From the NCBI RefSeq assembly GCF_020536995.1, contig NC_068355.1:63216738-63280737 (forward strand): a stretch of DNA of 64,000 nt, written 5' to 3'. The stretch is from Dreissena polymorpha. Lineage: Eukaryota. Below are positions 49,151-62,000 of the stretch, in pieces. The notes beneath the pieces were generated by a model, which had not been told where the DNA came from, ran no database searches, and saw only the letters and a list, made by a program, of their open reading frames with translations. A program made the translations under genes and the position numbers. The number at the start of each line of letters is the position of its first letter. Within the stretch, counting starts at the first letter, position 1.

Positions 49151-50515
49151 ATTATGTAATGCAGCGTTCTTGCCGAGTGTGTAGATCTATGAGCGTTAAG
49201 ATACGATATTGGATTTTAATAAAAATGACTAACGACCATGAACGTTTCAAACTGCTTATTTATTTGTTAATTTCTGTTTCTCTTGTGTTCAAAAATTATT
49301 ATATATTTATATATAATATTACATGTATATACAGGCACCCACTGTCTAACATGATTCTGTGTTCTATTAACACTGATCCTTTTGAACAGATACAGATTGT
49401 TTCCAATATAGCGATATTAAAATCTTCAATATATTTGACTGATCAAAGACATATTAATTCACACAAGTGCATTAATACAATACATGCGGCTTACGCTTAA
49501 AAAGTTACTTTTTATGTGAGACTGTTAGTAAAACTGTAGTATTGAGTATCAAAATTAACCATTTAAAAGTAATAGCATTCAAAACCACGTACTTTTTTTT
49601 CAAAACCACGTACTCGAAAGAATTTTAAGTTAGATTTCTGTTAAAAAGTGACGTGGAGATGGTTCCAATAAGAAAAACTGAGCGAGACTGACTTGGAGCA
49701 AAAAAAAATGGCTCCTTATATACTCTGTAATGGGATCGACCAAAAATCTGGGGCGAAAAGTGGTCGAAAAATGGTCGAAAGGTGGTCATTGACCAACTAT
49801 TGGCCAATGACCATAAAACATGGGCAAAAAGTGGTCGGTGACGAAATAACTGGTCAATGACGTCACTACGACTTAACTACATTCGAACGTCATCTTAACA
49901 ACTGACTGAGTAAAACAGATAAATGGCAGCCACCTTGGACTTAAAATAAGAATTAAACAGGAGCGCAGTTAAATTATGACATTTACAATAGCGGTGCATA
50001 ATACTATGACATGATGCCGCCGTTTTCTATTCATGGCTGATAACCTTGACTTGAAATAATTCAACCGTTACGAACACAGGAAGTAAGATGGCTGACGGCT
50101 GACAAAAATGTGATTTCAATCAAAGGAGTTTTACGATTGCAAAAGGAATAATGGCATCTAATGCAAAAAGGAGCAAACAAATTTACAGACTAAGTAGGAA
50201 TTGATTACATGCAATGGATATTACCAATCACAAACGTGAGTAAGAAGTTGAAAAAATGCTTTAAGGATCAGTGTAATGAAATTTCGCGAGTCGTAAAGTT
50301 ACTTGCAATGAAAAGTCGGAACAAAACCAAGCCCAGGATGAAATACATATTAAGTATAACATTGTGCTTATAAAATAATAAAATTTGATAAGCATAGTTT
50401 ATACAAAATCAACGCTGGACATGACTACTCGCGGTGGGTGCCTGTTCTAAACAACAACAAGCTAAGGTCACATAAAAATCATATCAATTTAACAATCATG
50501 GGGTTCTTCATTACC
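49151..50515 (-). repeat. 3' LTR of gypsy copy 1 (~1.36 kb). The boundary next to ORF-A is approximate.
   Basis: Homologous to 57734-59085. On the minus strand it contains TATATAAGGAG (plus 49714-49724), CCAAT, TGACGTCA palindromes and repeated TGGTCGAAA motifs (plus 49740-49870). The putative PPT GAGCGAGGGGG is at plus ~50530-50545. Confidence 0.4.
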
Positions 50516-50684
50516 CCCTCGCTCGTTATTGACTCTCCTGAGTCAATAATAAAAAAAAGGAAACTACAAGAACAATCAAGTTAAATGTCTCTTTCTCCAT
50601 TGTCAGTTTGTAACTTTTAACTTAAAACTGTTAAGATTATAATTTAATAATTGAAAAAAAAGTTCATGTACTGAGTCTTTAAAG

Positions 50685-51356
50685 TCATTTTCTAATGTTT
50701 TTAGCAACACTTTTCACGGATAAACGGTTCTCTCTTCGCCGCAACCTGTCCATGTCGTCTCTCACCTGGAGCACGGCCGTGGTTACCCGTTGCAGTAAGT
50801 CGTTCTGACGCTCCATCAACCGCGTATGTCTGCTCATTTCTTTCGCAATCCTTTCTACACCTGCCGCCATATCCGAGGTTAGTTTCTGGATGTTCCCCAG
50901 GATTAGGGACGTTGGCACTGCTGTCTCAACATGCTCCTCTGGAGCTTTCGGAAGGGATCTAGTGGAAGATGCTGATTGCCTGACCTTCTTGGCTGAAGTA
51001 GGCTGAACCTCAGGATCTACCCATTTAGCCGTAGTAGAGCCACTACACATCTTTTGCGCCAGCAACTCCAGAGGCTGTTCAACAAGGAAATCCAAACGTG
51101 AGGTATCATCCAGCTGCAGGATGATCTCATCCTGGATGGGCGTTCCTGGTGTCGCTAATGACCTGATCAACTTGGCACCCGCAGTGGAATTTGGAGTCTT
51201 CACAGGCTCGAACAGCTGGGCCTGACGTGCTGCCTTCGGTGTAGGCCTATAGACTGAGACTTCACTAGAGATTTGGTTCTGAATGAACCAGCCATTCGAG
51301 ATGTCTTGAAACGGACGCGGCAGATGGTTGGGCTCATAGAATTGATTCCTGAACAT
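50685..51356 (-). CDS. Retroelement extra ORF-A (223 aa): unknown function with a C-terminal coiled-coil (..ERIAKEMSRHTRLMERQNDLLQRVTTAVLQVRDDMDRLRRRENR..)
   Basis: It lies between integrase and the 3' LTR on the same strand as pol. A second, decayed copy is at 59244-59870. Confidence 0.45.
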   Translation of the reverse strand: MFRNQFYEPNHLPRPFQDISNGWFIQNQISSEVSVYRPTPKAARQAQLFEPVKTPNSTAGAKLIRSLATPGTPIQDEIILQLDDTSRLDFLVEQPLELLAQKMCSGSTTAKWVDPEVQPTSAKKVRQSASSTRSLPKAPEEHVETAVPTSLILGNIQKLTSDMAAGVERIAKEMSRHTRLMERQNDLLQRVTTAVLQVRDDMDRLRRRENRLSVKSVAKNIRK

Positions 51357-51518
51357 GTTCAGACCCGTTGGCGCGGCAGTGACTGGTGACTGATTTGAGG
51401 CGCTTGAGTAGGTGTGGGCCTTTCTGGTAGTAGAGGAGTTTCTTCCGGGACATCAAACCACCCTTCTTCTCCTTCTTTCGCATGTGGCTCTGATACAGGG
51501 TCTCCCAAACGTTCAATG

Positions 51519-51824
51519 TCAAACTGAGACACTGAACGGATTATCTGACTTATACAGGTAGCGGCGTAAATCAGTCACGCCCCTCAGCTTCGCCTCCTTA
51601 ACATGAGGCGCATACTTGGTCACATGATCAAGAAGGTGTTGCTGTGTTTGACACCGGAAGCTGCACAGGCTGCATGAGAATGGTACTTGGTCAAAAGAAA
51701 CATGGTACTTAAAAAAATGGCCCGCAAGTCGCCCCTTTCTGTCAATCTTCTGACACTTCTTACACCGGTACTGCACCCTGCTTGGCTTCTTCGCTGTCTC
51801 CATATCCTGCAAATATAGCATCAT
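51519..51824 (-). CDS. Retroelement extra ORF-B (101 aa): C2H2-like zinc-finger motifs (YRCKKCQKIDRKGRLAGHFFKYH; FSCSLCSFRCQTQQHLLDHVTKYAPH)
   Basis: It sits ~380 bp downstream of the integrase end on the same strand. A second copy is at 60999-61256. Track ORF 51334..51522 bridges B to A in another frame, which suggests one ancestral ~390-aa ORF broken by a frameshift. Confidence 0.45.
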   Translation of the reverse strand: MMLYLQDMETAKKPSRVQYRCKKCQKIDRKGRLAGHFFKYHVSFDQVPFSCSLCSFRCQTQQHLLDHVTKYAPHVKEAKLRGVTDLRRYLYKSDNPFSVSV

Positions 51825-52203
51825 GGATTGAAGGGCGAGTTATCGGTCTAGTCGAGGAAACCAATCTGTCTTTGATCAATAACACTTTGTTTTGACCCCC
51901 TTAATTATGCTGACTTTATAGTATCTTTATCACAAAGTTAGACCTCTTGTGGATGACTGTTATACCATTAACATTCAAGTTACTTATTTATATGTTTATT
52001 TTTAAGTCTTGCGAACTCGTCAAGTATCTGTGATATTATACAATTCTTTGTTTTGTGAGTTTATGTATATATTTATATTTATCAATAGCGTTCTATGTTA
52101 ATGTGTTAACGTTTAATGTTAAATAATTTTATGCGGACAATCTATGTTACAAAAATTCAACATATTCATCAAGTGTTTACAATAATTGCTTTTAAGCCCT
52201 ATT

Positions 52204-55200
52204 TTATTTCACTCCGAGCTTATTTTTTAGCTTTCTTCGCACTGTGCACAACCATGACGGAACACATTTTCCAACGTAGGGCTTCAACTTATCATGGTGT
52301 ACCGTTTTCTTTTGCCCATTTGCATCCATTTGAATTGTCAAATTTATTGTTGATGGCATGTTTATAATAACATATGGTCCATCATAATGAGGTTCCAGCT
52401 TGAATGTAACACCAACTTTTCTGGTTTCCCGTAAGAGCCATACAATGTAATCAACATTGTATTTATTAAATGCCACTCTTAAGTCATAGGTTTCCTTATT
52501 TCGTTCAGCTTTCTTCCCTAGAACAATACGAGCGAGCTCATGGGCTCGACTTGTTTGCTGCCTCAACCTCAATGCGTGTCCCGCTGCAGAATCCCCGTCT
52601 TCTGCGGTTCTAGGAAGGCCGTAAATGACATCAAGAGGCAGACGGACTTCTTGTCCAGTTGCAAGCATGTTTGGCGAAGACCAGTGCTCTCATGCGGAGT
52701 TGCTCGATATGCTCCTGCGATACTTCCTAGATGCAAATCCCATTCGCTCTGTTCAACCGATAAATATGCGCGAATCATTTTGAGAAGAGAACGATTGAAT
52801 TGCTCAACTTGGCCATTGCCTTTTGGGTTGCGCGGGCTGATGCGAGTCTTCTTGATCCCGAAGATAGAACACATTTTCTGTAATAACTGACTCTCAAATG
52901 CTGAACCCTGATCTGAATTGATGGACAGATGCGTACCCCAGCGCGAAATAAAATTATCCACTATCTTATCCACACTCTCCTCAGCTGTCTGTGTCTTTAC
53001 CGGAAACACCTCTACGTACTTGGTAAAGTGATCAGACATAACCAAGATGTGACTGTTACCACAGCAGTCACAGGAAAAGGGCCAACAAAATCCACTGCCA
53101 ACACATCCCAAGGAGCACCTGCCTTTAGTCGTCCCAACGGCGCCTTGGTTTCTTGACAGGGGCCTTGTCCCTCTCACATACATCACACGCTTGGATGTAC
53201 AGCCGGATATCTGTTTTTAGGTTAGACCAATAGAAGGATCTCACCACGACAGCTCGGGTTCTTTTAATACCCTGATGACCAGCTGTAACAGCATTATGAG
53301 AATGCCTTATAATCGATTCTCTAATTTTCTTTGGAGTCACAAGCTGCAAATTGTCCTAGGAGGTTAATGAATCGCATCTTCCCCTGCGATACAACACACC
53401 TTCTTTTACCAGCAACTGATCCCAAATTATCAAATAATGTTTGGATTCGGGACATTCGTCAAGCATTTCACTATTGTCGGGTTTCTTGGCAGCGTTTACT
53501 GCTCTGGCAATCGTCCCGATATCACTGTCTTCATCCTGCATTGCAGCCATCTCTTGACAGGTGTACTGACTGCACCATGGATTTGATCTGAGCACTGCCC
53601 GTTAAGCAGTTGGAACTATGTTTTCAGAAACCACTGCAGTTGGCTCAGTTTCCAGATATACATCTTGTGGGCCTGGAAGACTTGCCATCATAGATGCTAC
53701 CCTCTTTTAGTGGCTTACTCGTGTCGACCAACGGGCATTCACAGTCTCGCGGTTTGCATCTGGATAAAGCGTCACAGTGTGGCTGTTTAAGACCTGGACG
53801 GTATTCAATCGCGAAGTCGAACGCCGCTAAAATGTCGGTCCATCTTGCGATTTTGTCTCTGGGTTCATGCTGAAGAGCCATACTAAGGCTTGATGATCGG
53901 TTCTGACGGTGAACCTTCTACCCAGCAGGTATTGTCGAAAGTACTGCACGAAATACACAACCGCTAGTAGCTCCTTTTCGGTAATGCAGTAATTCTTCTC
54001 TGACCTGCTAAGCGCTCGGCTCGAATAGGATATCACGCGCTCACGATTTTCTTGGTACTGAGCCAGTACAGCTCCAATGCCCACACCTGATGCATCTTCG
54101 TCGAGGTGGAACATGCCTTCGTTTACGGGATAACTTATTACTTCCGGGCTGATCAGGGCTCGTTTGAGTGCACTAAACGCCTTCTCTTGGGCTTCTATCC
54201 ACTAAAACTTTGCCTCCTTTTTGGTCAAATCTACCAGTGATCTTGTCAGTTTTGCAAAGTCCTTGATAAACCGACGATAATACGACCCTGAAGCCACGAA
54301 CTGCCTGACTTGTTTGGGGTTTTGAGGCGTCGGCCAGCCAGTGATTCTAGCTACAATGGGGGGGGGGCGGGTTAAATACCTTTATTTGACACCAAATGCC
54401 CAGAAATAATACTTCTGTTTGAAGCATGTGGCATTTGTCGGGTTTCAACTTCAATCCTGCCTCTTGGACCCGGGATAGGACTTCGTCTACACGCACAAGA
54501 TTCTGCTCAAAGGTAGAGCCATAAACAATGATATCGTCGATATAGACGAGGCATGTGTTCCACTGTAGATGTTGTAGAGCTATTTCCATGGTCCGCTGGA
54601 AGGTGCTGGCTGCATTATTTAGACCAAAGGGTATTCGAGTCATCTCATATTGGCCGTATTTACATACGAAGGAGATCTTTGAGATGTCTTCCTTCTTCAA
54701 AGGAATCTGAAAGTAGCCTGAAGTTAAATCAAAACTACTGAACAGATGTGTGCCCGCTATAGCATCAAGGCAGTCCTGAACGCGGGGCAGAGGAAAGCCA
54801 TCAGGTTTGACTAAAGCGTTAACTTTCCGGTAGTCCACACATGAACGGATGCTTCCATTTTTCTTTTTAACTAAGACAATTGGACTTGCCCAAGAGGAGA
54901 CACTCTTTTGAATCACACCCATTTTAAGGTCTTCAATTGCGCCTTTTTCTTCGTCTGCGTAAGCTAGCGGAACAAGACGTGGTCTTTGCTTAATGGGTGC
55001 TGCATCGCCTGTGTTTATCGAGTGCTCAGTTAAATTAGTTAAACCTAAATCCCAATCATTTGTCGAGAATGTCCTGGAACTTGATGAGTAACCCTGCGAC
55101 TGCTTCAACTTCGGCCTGCGTCTTGTCTTTGGTTGATCTCTTCAGTAGAGATATGAGGTGCGGCGGGACTTGACCAGGTTTCGCCGGTGTCGGAAGTTTG

Positions 55201-57500
55201 GAGTTTTCTTTAATTGTATTCGGCCGACGTGCCATGACTCTTCGTACCGATGAAAAATTGCCTTCCTCGTCCATGTATTCTTCTTATGATATCACGGACA
55301 CGACTCTTTCAATCTTTTCTGCCCTTCCGATCACTGCATTTTGTCTCAGCTGAACTTCAGTCATGAAAGGGTTAAGTACCTTGATCGTGCAGGCTGGCGA
55401 TTTGTTTAAATTGACTAAAGTTGACGTAACGGATACTTTTCTTTGAATTGCTGCGTTGGTTCAACTACATAGTCCGCCTCTTTGTCATCATCATCAGTCT
55501 CAAACCGCTCAACGAACACCTTTACCACAGCTTCAGCTTTAGCTGGCACCGTCATGTCACTCGCCACGACTACTTGCCTTGTCCTACCGACCTGGAAAAC
55601 TGGTATTTCGCTCCCATCTTACTAACACAATCTTGTTCTTGCTTAACAAGATGTCTGCTGGCCTACCCTGTTTCCGTCTGAGAAAATCATAACCTAGCAA
55701 GGCGTCGTCTTCTATTTCCGCTACTATTACCTCTTCAGTCATCGTCACTGGACCAAACTTCAACTTCAATCTCGCCTGACCTGCATCTCTAATGGGAGCA
55801 CCCGCGCTCCAATCAGACAGGCTGACTTTTAAATCATCGGTCGACTCTCGGGACGCAATTGTTCAAACACTCTTTTTGATACAATTGTCCTTGTCGCCCT
55901 AGTATCTGTGGTAAACGTTACGGGTATATCATTTTCCATCCCTCTGACATAAACCCCATCTGCCAGCTGCTTCGCTCTCTCTTATCTCACCACCTCGTTC
56001 CCTCCCAAGCGATCCACCGTTTTGCTGGGCTGGCCTCCTTCATCTTCTACTGGGACCTCCCTATGGCCGCAAGGGTTGGCCCATTCTCGTTTAAAGGATT
56101 CTCACTTCTCTTCAAGCTCTCGGGCACTGTTTCTTTAACATCTCTCTAAGTCTGGTCAATCAAGCATTCTCGAGCAAAATGGCCTTTTCCATGGCAGCGG
56201 TTACATTCCACTTCTCTTCTACTTCTTCTTTCCCCATTGCCACTTCTTGTTCTTCCTTCCAAGGTATCCAGCCGTTTTAATATTTGTTGTAAGACTCCGT
56301 CGTTGCTTTCTGTTGAGTCCGGCTGAGGCCTCTTATGCCACTTACTTGTCTTGTTGTATGATGTTTGCTTGTTTGGAGCTGACTGTGCTTCGCAGAAAGA
56401 CTCGTCTTTTTCAACCGCTCTCCTTGTTGCTCTTTTATGACCCCGCTCGCCCTCAAATCCCGCTCTGGTTTGCATTAGTGTCAATACGTTGTAGACCGCT
56501 TCATCAATCGTTGTAGGCTCTTTATGGTATTCTACCTCAAACCTAACTTCTTCATCTTGCAAGCCGTCAAGGAATCTGCAAACTAGGTATTCATGTTTGG
56601 TTCTTCTTTTGCGGTGAGGGTGCGCTCTATCGTATAGCATCTTGAGCTCCGCGGCATAAGACTCTGGTGTATCACCATGCCTTTGGTCACGCCGTGTGAA
56701 CTTGACCGCAAATGGTTTTGAAGATTGAACTACTCTAAATCTGCTATTTAGCTACGCTTTAAGATCCTGGTAAGTGTGGAGCGTTGCAGGTGAGAGCTGT
56801 GTGAAGGCGAATTCGGCTGCTTGACCTTCTAGTCTTTGTAGAAGTTGGTCAAGGCGCATATCATCACTCCAGCCAAACCGATCTGAGATCACATCAAAAC
56901 CAGTCACCCAAACTTTCCAATCTTCTTTACCGTCAGATGGTGGGATACGCATGCGCTCGTGTGGCCTAGATATGCGTGACTCATTGAGGCCATGCGACGA
57001 CAAGTGGCCACAATATCGGTCGTTACTAAAGATTTGATCTCCTGAAGGGTAATGGCGTCTCAATAAGTTGGGCATGTGTTGCATTGGGGCGCGATTTGTG
57101 TTTCGATTTTCTGCATAGTTAAATTGATGGATGCTTACAAAAGGTTGGCTTGATACGGGCCTACTAGGTTCACTACATCGTCCTCTGGGCTGACCGTATT
57201 CTGAAGGCAATATTCGTGTCTCAAGACTGTTGCAATCAGACTGTGTTATCCGTTCATCGGATGACTGCATGTACCCGGATTGCTGGGGCCTTTGCACACG
57301 GGAGCTACCTGCTTAACAGAGGAATGCTCTGTCTGGGATAGGCGCGCCTCGAGTTCCGCTTGACTTGACTTTATTCCTCTTACTTCGGACACCAGATCCC
57401 TGAGCGCTCCATAAATGACCTCGATGGCTTCGCGGGGATTGGTTGACCGCCCCGACGACCCTCCGTACGGTCACGCCCCTGAGCTAACCTGAGTCTCCAT
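52204..57500 (-). pseudogene. Degenerate gag-pol of gypsy copy 1 (frameshifted, with stops)
   Basis: The track ORFs are gag 56752..57297 and 56146..56640; PR 55584..55769; RT 54347..55108; RNase H 53827..54114 and 53645..53881; IN 53125..53349, 52569..53186 and 52204..52668. Confidence 0.8.
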
Positions 57501-57712
57501 GATGTTATGCTCAGTTGAATGATTGAAGTAAACAAGTGTCGTTGATATATTGTTACAGATTCAATGTTATTATTAGTAGTTATTTTTCACGGAGTGACCA
57601 CTATGTCAATGTTTTAATATCAAACGGAATGGGTTGGTAGCGTTTTTTAAAATATTATTTTCAAACTCGGAACGAATCATTGAATACTTAATTATTTAAT
57701 TTTTTTAAAGTT

Positions 57713-57730
57713 TTCCACCGCCGATCACCA
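57713..57730 (-). promoter_or_regulatory. Putative primer-binding site TGGTGATCGGCGGTGGAA (minus strand), 3 nt after the LTR end
   Basis: It is complementary to an RNA ending ..TTCCACCGCCGATCACCA-3'. It lies immediately upstream of gag on the minus strand. Confidence 0.35.
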
Positions 57731-57733
57731 TAA

Positions 57734-59085
57734 ATTATGTAGCGTTCTTGCCAATGTGTAGATCTATGAGCGTTGAGATACGATATTGGATTTTAATAGA
57801 AATGACGAAAGACCATGAACGTTTCAAACTGCTTATTTATTTGTTTATTTCCGTTTCTCCTGTGTTCAAAAATTATATAATATTACATGTATATACAGGC
57901 ACCCACTGTCTAACATAATTCTGTGTACTATTAACACTGATCCTTTTGAACAGATACAGATTGTTTCCAATATAGCGATAATAAAATCTTCAATATATTT
58001 GACTGATCAAAGACAGATTAATCCACACACGTGCATTAATACAATACGTGCGGCTTACGCTTAAATAGTTACTTTTTATGTGAGACTGTTAGTAAAACTC
58101 TAGTATTAAGTATTAAAATAAACCATTTAAAAGTAATAGCATTCAAAACCACATACTCGAAAGAATTTTAAGTTAGATTTCTGTTAAAAAGTGACGTGGA
58201 GATGGTTCCAATAAGAAAAACTGAGCGAGACTGACTTTGAGCAAAAACATGGCTCCTTATATACTCTGTGATGGGATCGACCAAAAATCTTGGGCGAAAA
58301 TTGGTCGAAAATGGTCGAAAGGTGGTCATTGACCAACTATTGGCCAATGACTAAGAATACATGGGCAAAAAGTGGTCGGTGACGAAATAACTGGTCAATG
58401 ACGTCACTACGACTTAACTACATTCGAACGTCATCTTAACAACTGACTGAGTAAAACAGACAAATGGCAGCCATCTTGGACTTTAAATAAGAATTAAACA
58501 GGAGCGCAGTTAAATAATGACATTTACAATAGCGGTGCATAATACCATGACATGATACGGGCGTTTTCTATTCATGGATGATAACCTTGACTTGAAATAA
58601 TTCAACCGTTACGAACACAGGAAGTAAGATGGCTGACGGCTGACAAAAATGTGTTTTCAATCAAAGGAGCTTTACAATTGCAAAAGGAATAATGTCATCT
58701 AATGCAAAAAGGAGAAAACAAATGAACAGACTTCGTAGGAATTGATTTCATGCAATGGATATTACCAATCACAAACGTGAGTAAAAAGTTGAATAAATGC
58801 TTTAAGGATCAGTGTATGTAATAAAATTTCGCGAGTCGTAATGTTACTTGCAATAAAAAGTCGGAACAAAACCAAAGCAAGGATAAAATACATATATAGT
58901 ATAAAATTGTGCTTATAAAATAATAAAATTTGATAAGCATAGTTTATACAAAAACAACGCTGGGCATGACTTCTCGCGGTGGGTGCCTGTTCTAAACAAC
59001 AACAGCAACAACAAGCTAAGGTCACATAAAAATCATATCAATTAAACAATCATGGGGTTCTTCATTACCCCCTCGCTCGTAATTG
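57734..59085 (-). repeat. Shared LTR: 5' LTR of gypsy copy 1 and 3' LTR of truncated upstream copy 2
   Basis: ~95% identical to 49151-50515. It is followed on the minus strand by the PBS and gag of copy 1, and preceded by ORF-A2, ORF-B2 and IN of copy 2. Confidence 0.45.
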
Positions 59086-62000
59086 ACTCTCCTGAGTCAA
59101 TAATAAAAAAAGTAAACTACAAGAACAAAAAAGTTATATGTCCCTTTCTCCATTGTCCAGTGTCAATTTGTAACTTTTAACTTAAAACTGTTAAGATTAT
59201 AATTTAATAATTGAAAAAAAGTTCATTTACTGAGTGTTTAAAGTCATTTTCTTATGTTTGTAGCAACACTTTTCACGGATGAACGGTTCTCTCTTCGCCG
59301 CAACCTGTCCATGTCGTCTCTCACCTGGAGCACGGCACTGGTTACCCGTTGCAGTAAGTCGTTCTGACGCTCCATCAACCGCGTATGTCTGATCATTTCT
59401 TTTGCAATCCTTTCTACACCTGCCGCCATATCCGAGGTTAGTTTCTGGATGTTCCCCAGGATTAGGGACGTTGGCACTGCTGTCTCAACATGCTCCTCTG
59501 GAGCTTTCGGAAGGGATCTAGTGGAAGATGCTGATTGCCTGACCTTCTTGGCTGAAGTAGGCTGAACCTCAGGATCTACCCCTTTAGCCGTAGTAGAGCC
59601 ACTACACACCTTTTGCGCCAGCAACTCCAAAGGCTCTTCATCAAGGAAATCCAAACGTGAGGTATCATCCAGCTGCAGGATGATCTCATCCTGGATGGGC
59701 GTTCCTGGTGTCGCTTATGACCTGATCAACTTGGCACCCGCAGTGGAATTTGGAGTCTTCACAGGCTGGAACAGCTGGGCCTGACGTGCTGCCTTCGGTG
59801 TAGGCCTATAGACTGGGACTTCACTAGAAATTTGGTTCTGAATGAACCAGCCATTCGAGATGTCTTGTCGCTTTAATGGAATTACCATTTGTATTCATTT
59901 GCTTCTTAATATTAAATCACGTAAACTTGTTTTATTAGTAGCACAGCCCGATTAATATTTTTATTTAGTACTGCCCTTGGAATTTGTTCACGTCATTATG
60001 TCATTATGGATTTTTGTGACGTCATACGACCGACTTTCCCAGTTGTAATCTACATGCATAGGTCATTGGGTTTATAACGTTCCATTTTATTTATATTTTC
60101 TCTCTGATAGGCGTTTCTTGTTTGATTTAATTATTTTTAATTTGTTTAGCAGTCACATAAACAACCAAGCTATGTAATATGGAATTTTTACACCCATTAT
60201 TGCTGCTTCTTCCTGTATTTGCGCGATGATTATCTGAGATATTAACTCTATGATTCTACATTCTCAAATCTTTTCTATAAAGAAGGAATGTAGTTGACAA
60301 TTGTTAATAGTTTTATTTGATCGTTCGTCAAAAAGTTGTAATTCTGTTACTCTTGTATCTTCAATGCAATTGAGTAATTAAATAGTAATTAAATTGAATG
60401 CGTTTTAATTCCCTTTTATTATTGTTTAATTTGAGTTACAATGCTATGACGTTAAATTTTATTTACACTTGAATGTATTATGAATATTGCTGGGCCAAGT
60501 GTGAGGTTGAGCGCTCTATAACCAGGTTTAAACCCCCAATGCTTTGCATTGACCGTTCCAAGGCGGTGACCCCAGCTTTATTCATATTTTGTGTTTATGT
60601 TGGTTTGTATTGTGCTGTATTGTGCTGTTTTGTACTGTTTGGGCAATCGGTCACTTGCCTTAAATAAAGGACCAACTAATTGTTTTTAATGAAAATTCAA
60701 TACTGCTCCAGCAGCTGGAGTTTCACTTCTTTATATTGAAACGGACGCGGCAGATGGTTGGGCACAAAGGGTTGATTCCTGAACATGTTCAGACCCGTTG
60801 GCGCGGCAGTGACTGGTTACTGATTTTAGGCGCTTGAGTAGGTGTGAGCCTATCTGGTAGTAGAGGAGTTTCTTCCGGGACATCAAACCGCCCTTCTTCT
60901 CCTTCTTCCGCATGTGGCTCTGACACAGGGTCTCCCAAACGTTCAATGTCAAACTCGAAGACACTGAACGGATTATCTTACTTATGCAGGTAGCGGCGTT
61001 AATCAGTCACGCCCCTCAGCTTCGCCTCCTTAACATGAGGTGCATACTTGGTCACATGATCAAGAAGGTGTTGCTGTGTTTGACACCGGAAGCTGCACAG
61101 GCTGCATGAGAATGGCACTTGGTCAAAAGTAACATGGTACTTGAAAAAAATGGCCCACGTGTCGCCCCTGTCTGTCAATCTTCTGCGATTCTTACACCGG
61201 TACTGCACCCTGCTTGGCTTCTTCGCTCTCTCCATATCCTGCAAATATAGCATCATGGATTGAAGGGCGAGTTATCGGTCTAGTCGACGACTAATCTGTC
61301 TTTGATCAATAACACTTTGTTTTGACCCCCTTAATTATGCTGACTTTATAGTACCTTTATCACAAATTTAGACCTCTTGTGGATGACTGTGATACCATTA
61401 ACATTCAAGTTACTAATTTATGTTTATTTTTAAGTCTTGCGAACTCGTCAAGTATCTGTGATATTATACAATTCTTTGTTTTGTGAGTTTATGTATATAT
61501 TTATATTTACCAATAGCGTTCAATGTTAATGTTTTAACGTTTTATGTTTAATCATTTTATGCGGACAATCTATGTAACAAAAATTCAACATATCCATCAA
61601 GTGTTTACAATAATTGCTTTTAAGCACTATTATATTTCACTCCGAGCTTATTTTTTTTAGCTTTCTTCGCACTTTGCACAACCATGACGGAACACATTTT
61701 CCAACGTAGGGCTTCAACTTTTTATGGTGTACCGTTTTCTTTTGCCCATTTGCATCCATTTGAATTGTCAAATTTATTGTTGATGGCATGTTTGTAATAA
61801 CATATGGTCCATCATAATGAGGTTCCAGCTTGAATGTTGCACCAACTTTTCTGGTTTCCCGTAAGAGCCATACAATGTCACCAACATTGTATTTATTAAA
61901 TGCCACTCTTAAGTCATAGGATTCCTTATTTCGTTCAGCTTTCTTCCCTAGAACAATACGAGCGAGCTCATGGGCTCGACTTGTTTGCTGCCTCAACGTC

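Larger units (their letters stand above)
49151..59085 (-). mobile_element. Ty3/gypsy-family LTR retrotransposon, copy 1 (~9.9 kb): 5' LTR ~57734-59085, PBS, degenerate gag-PR-RT-RNaseH-IN (52204-57500), two extra ORFs (51824-50685), 3' LTR 49151-~50515
   Basis: The domain order on the minus strand is gag, PR, RT, RNase H, IN, from the track ORFs. gag has a CCHC knuckle (CNRCHGKGHFAREC). PR has DALLGYDFL. RT has LVYIDDIIVYG. RNase H has GIGAVLAQ..TDHQAL. IN has HHCC, the DDE core with SDQGSAFES and NGQVE, and a GPY module. Multiple frameshifts and stops mean the pol is not intact. Confidence 0.75.

Noticed and set aside
52540-56516. Plus-strand ORFs 52540..52890, 52929..53156, 53331..53591, 54553..54741 and 56247..56516
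   Set aside because: They are antisense to the minus-strand gypsy gag-pol and have no domain signatures.
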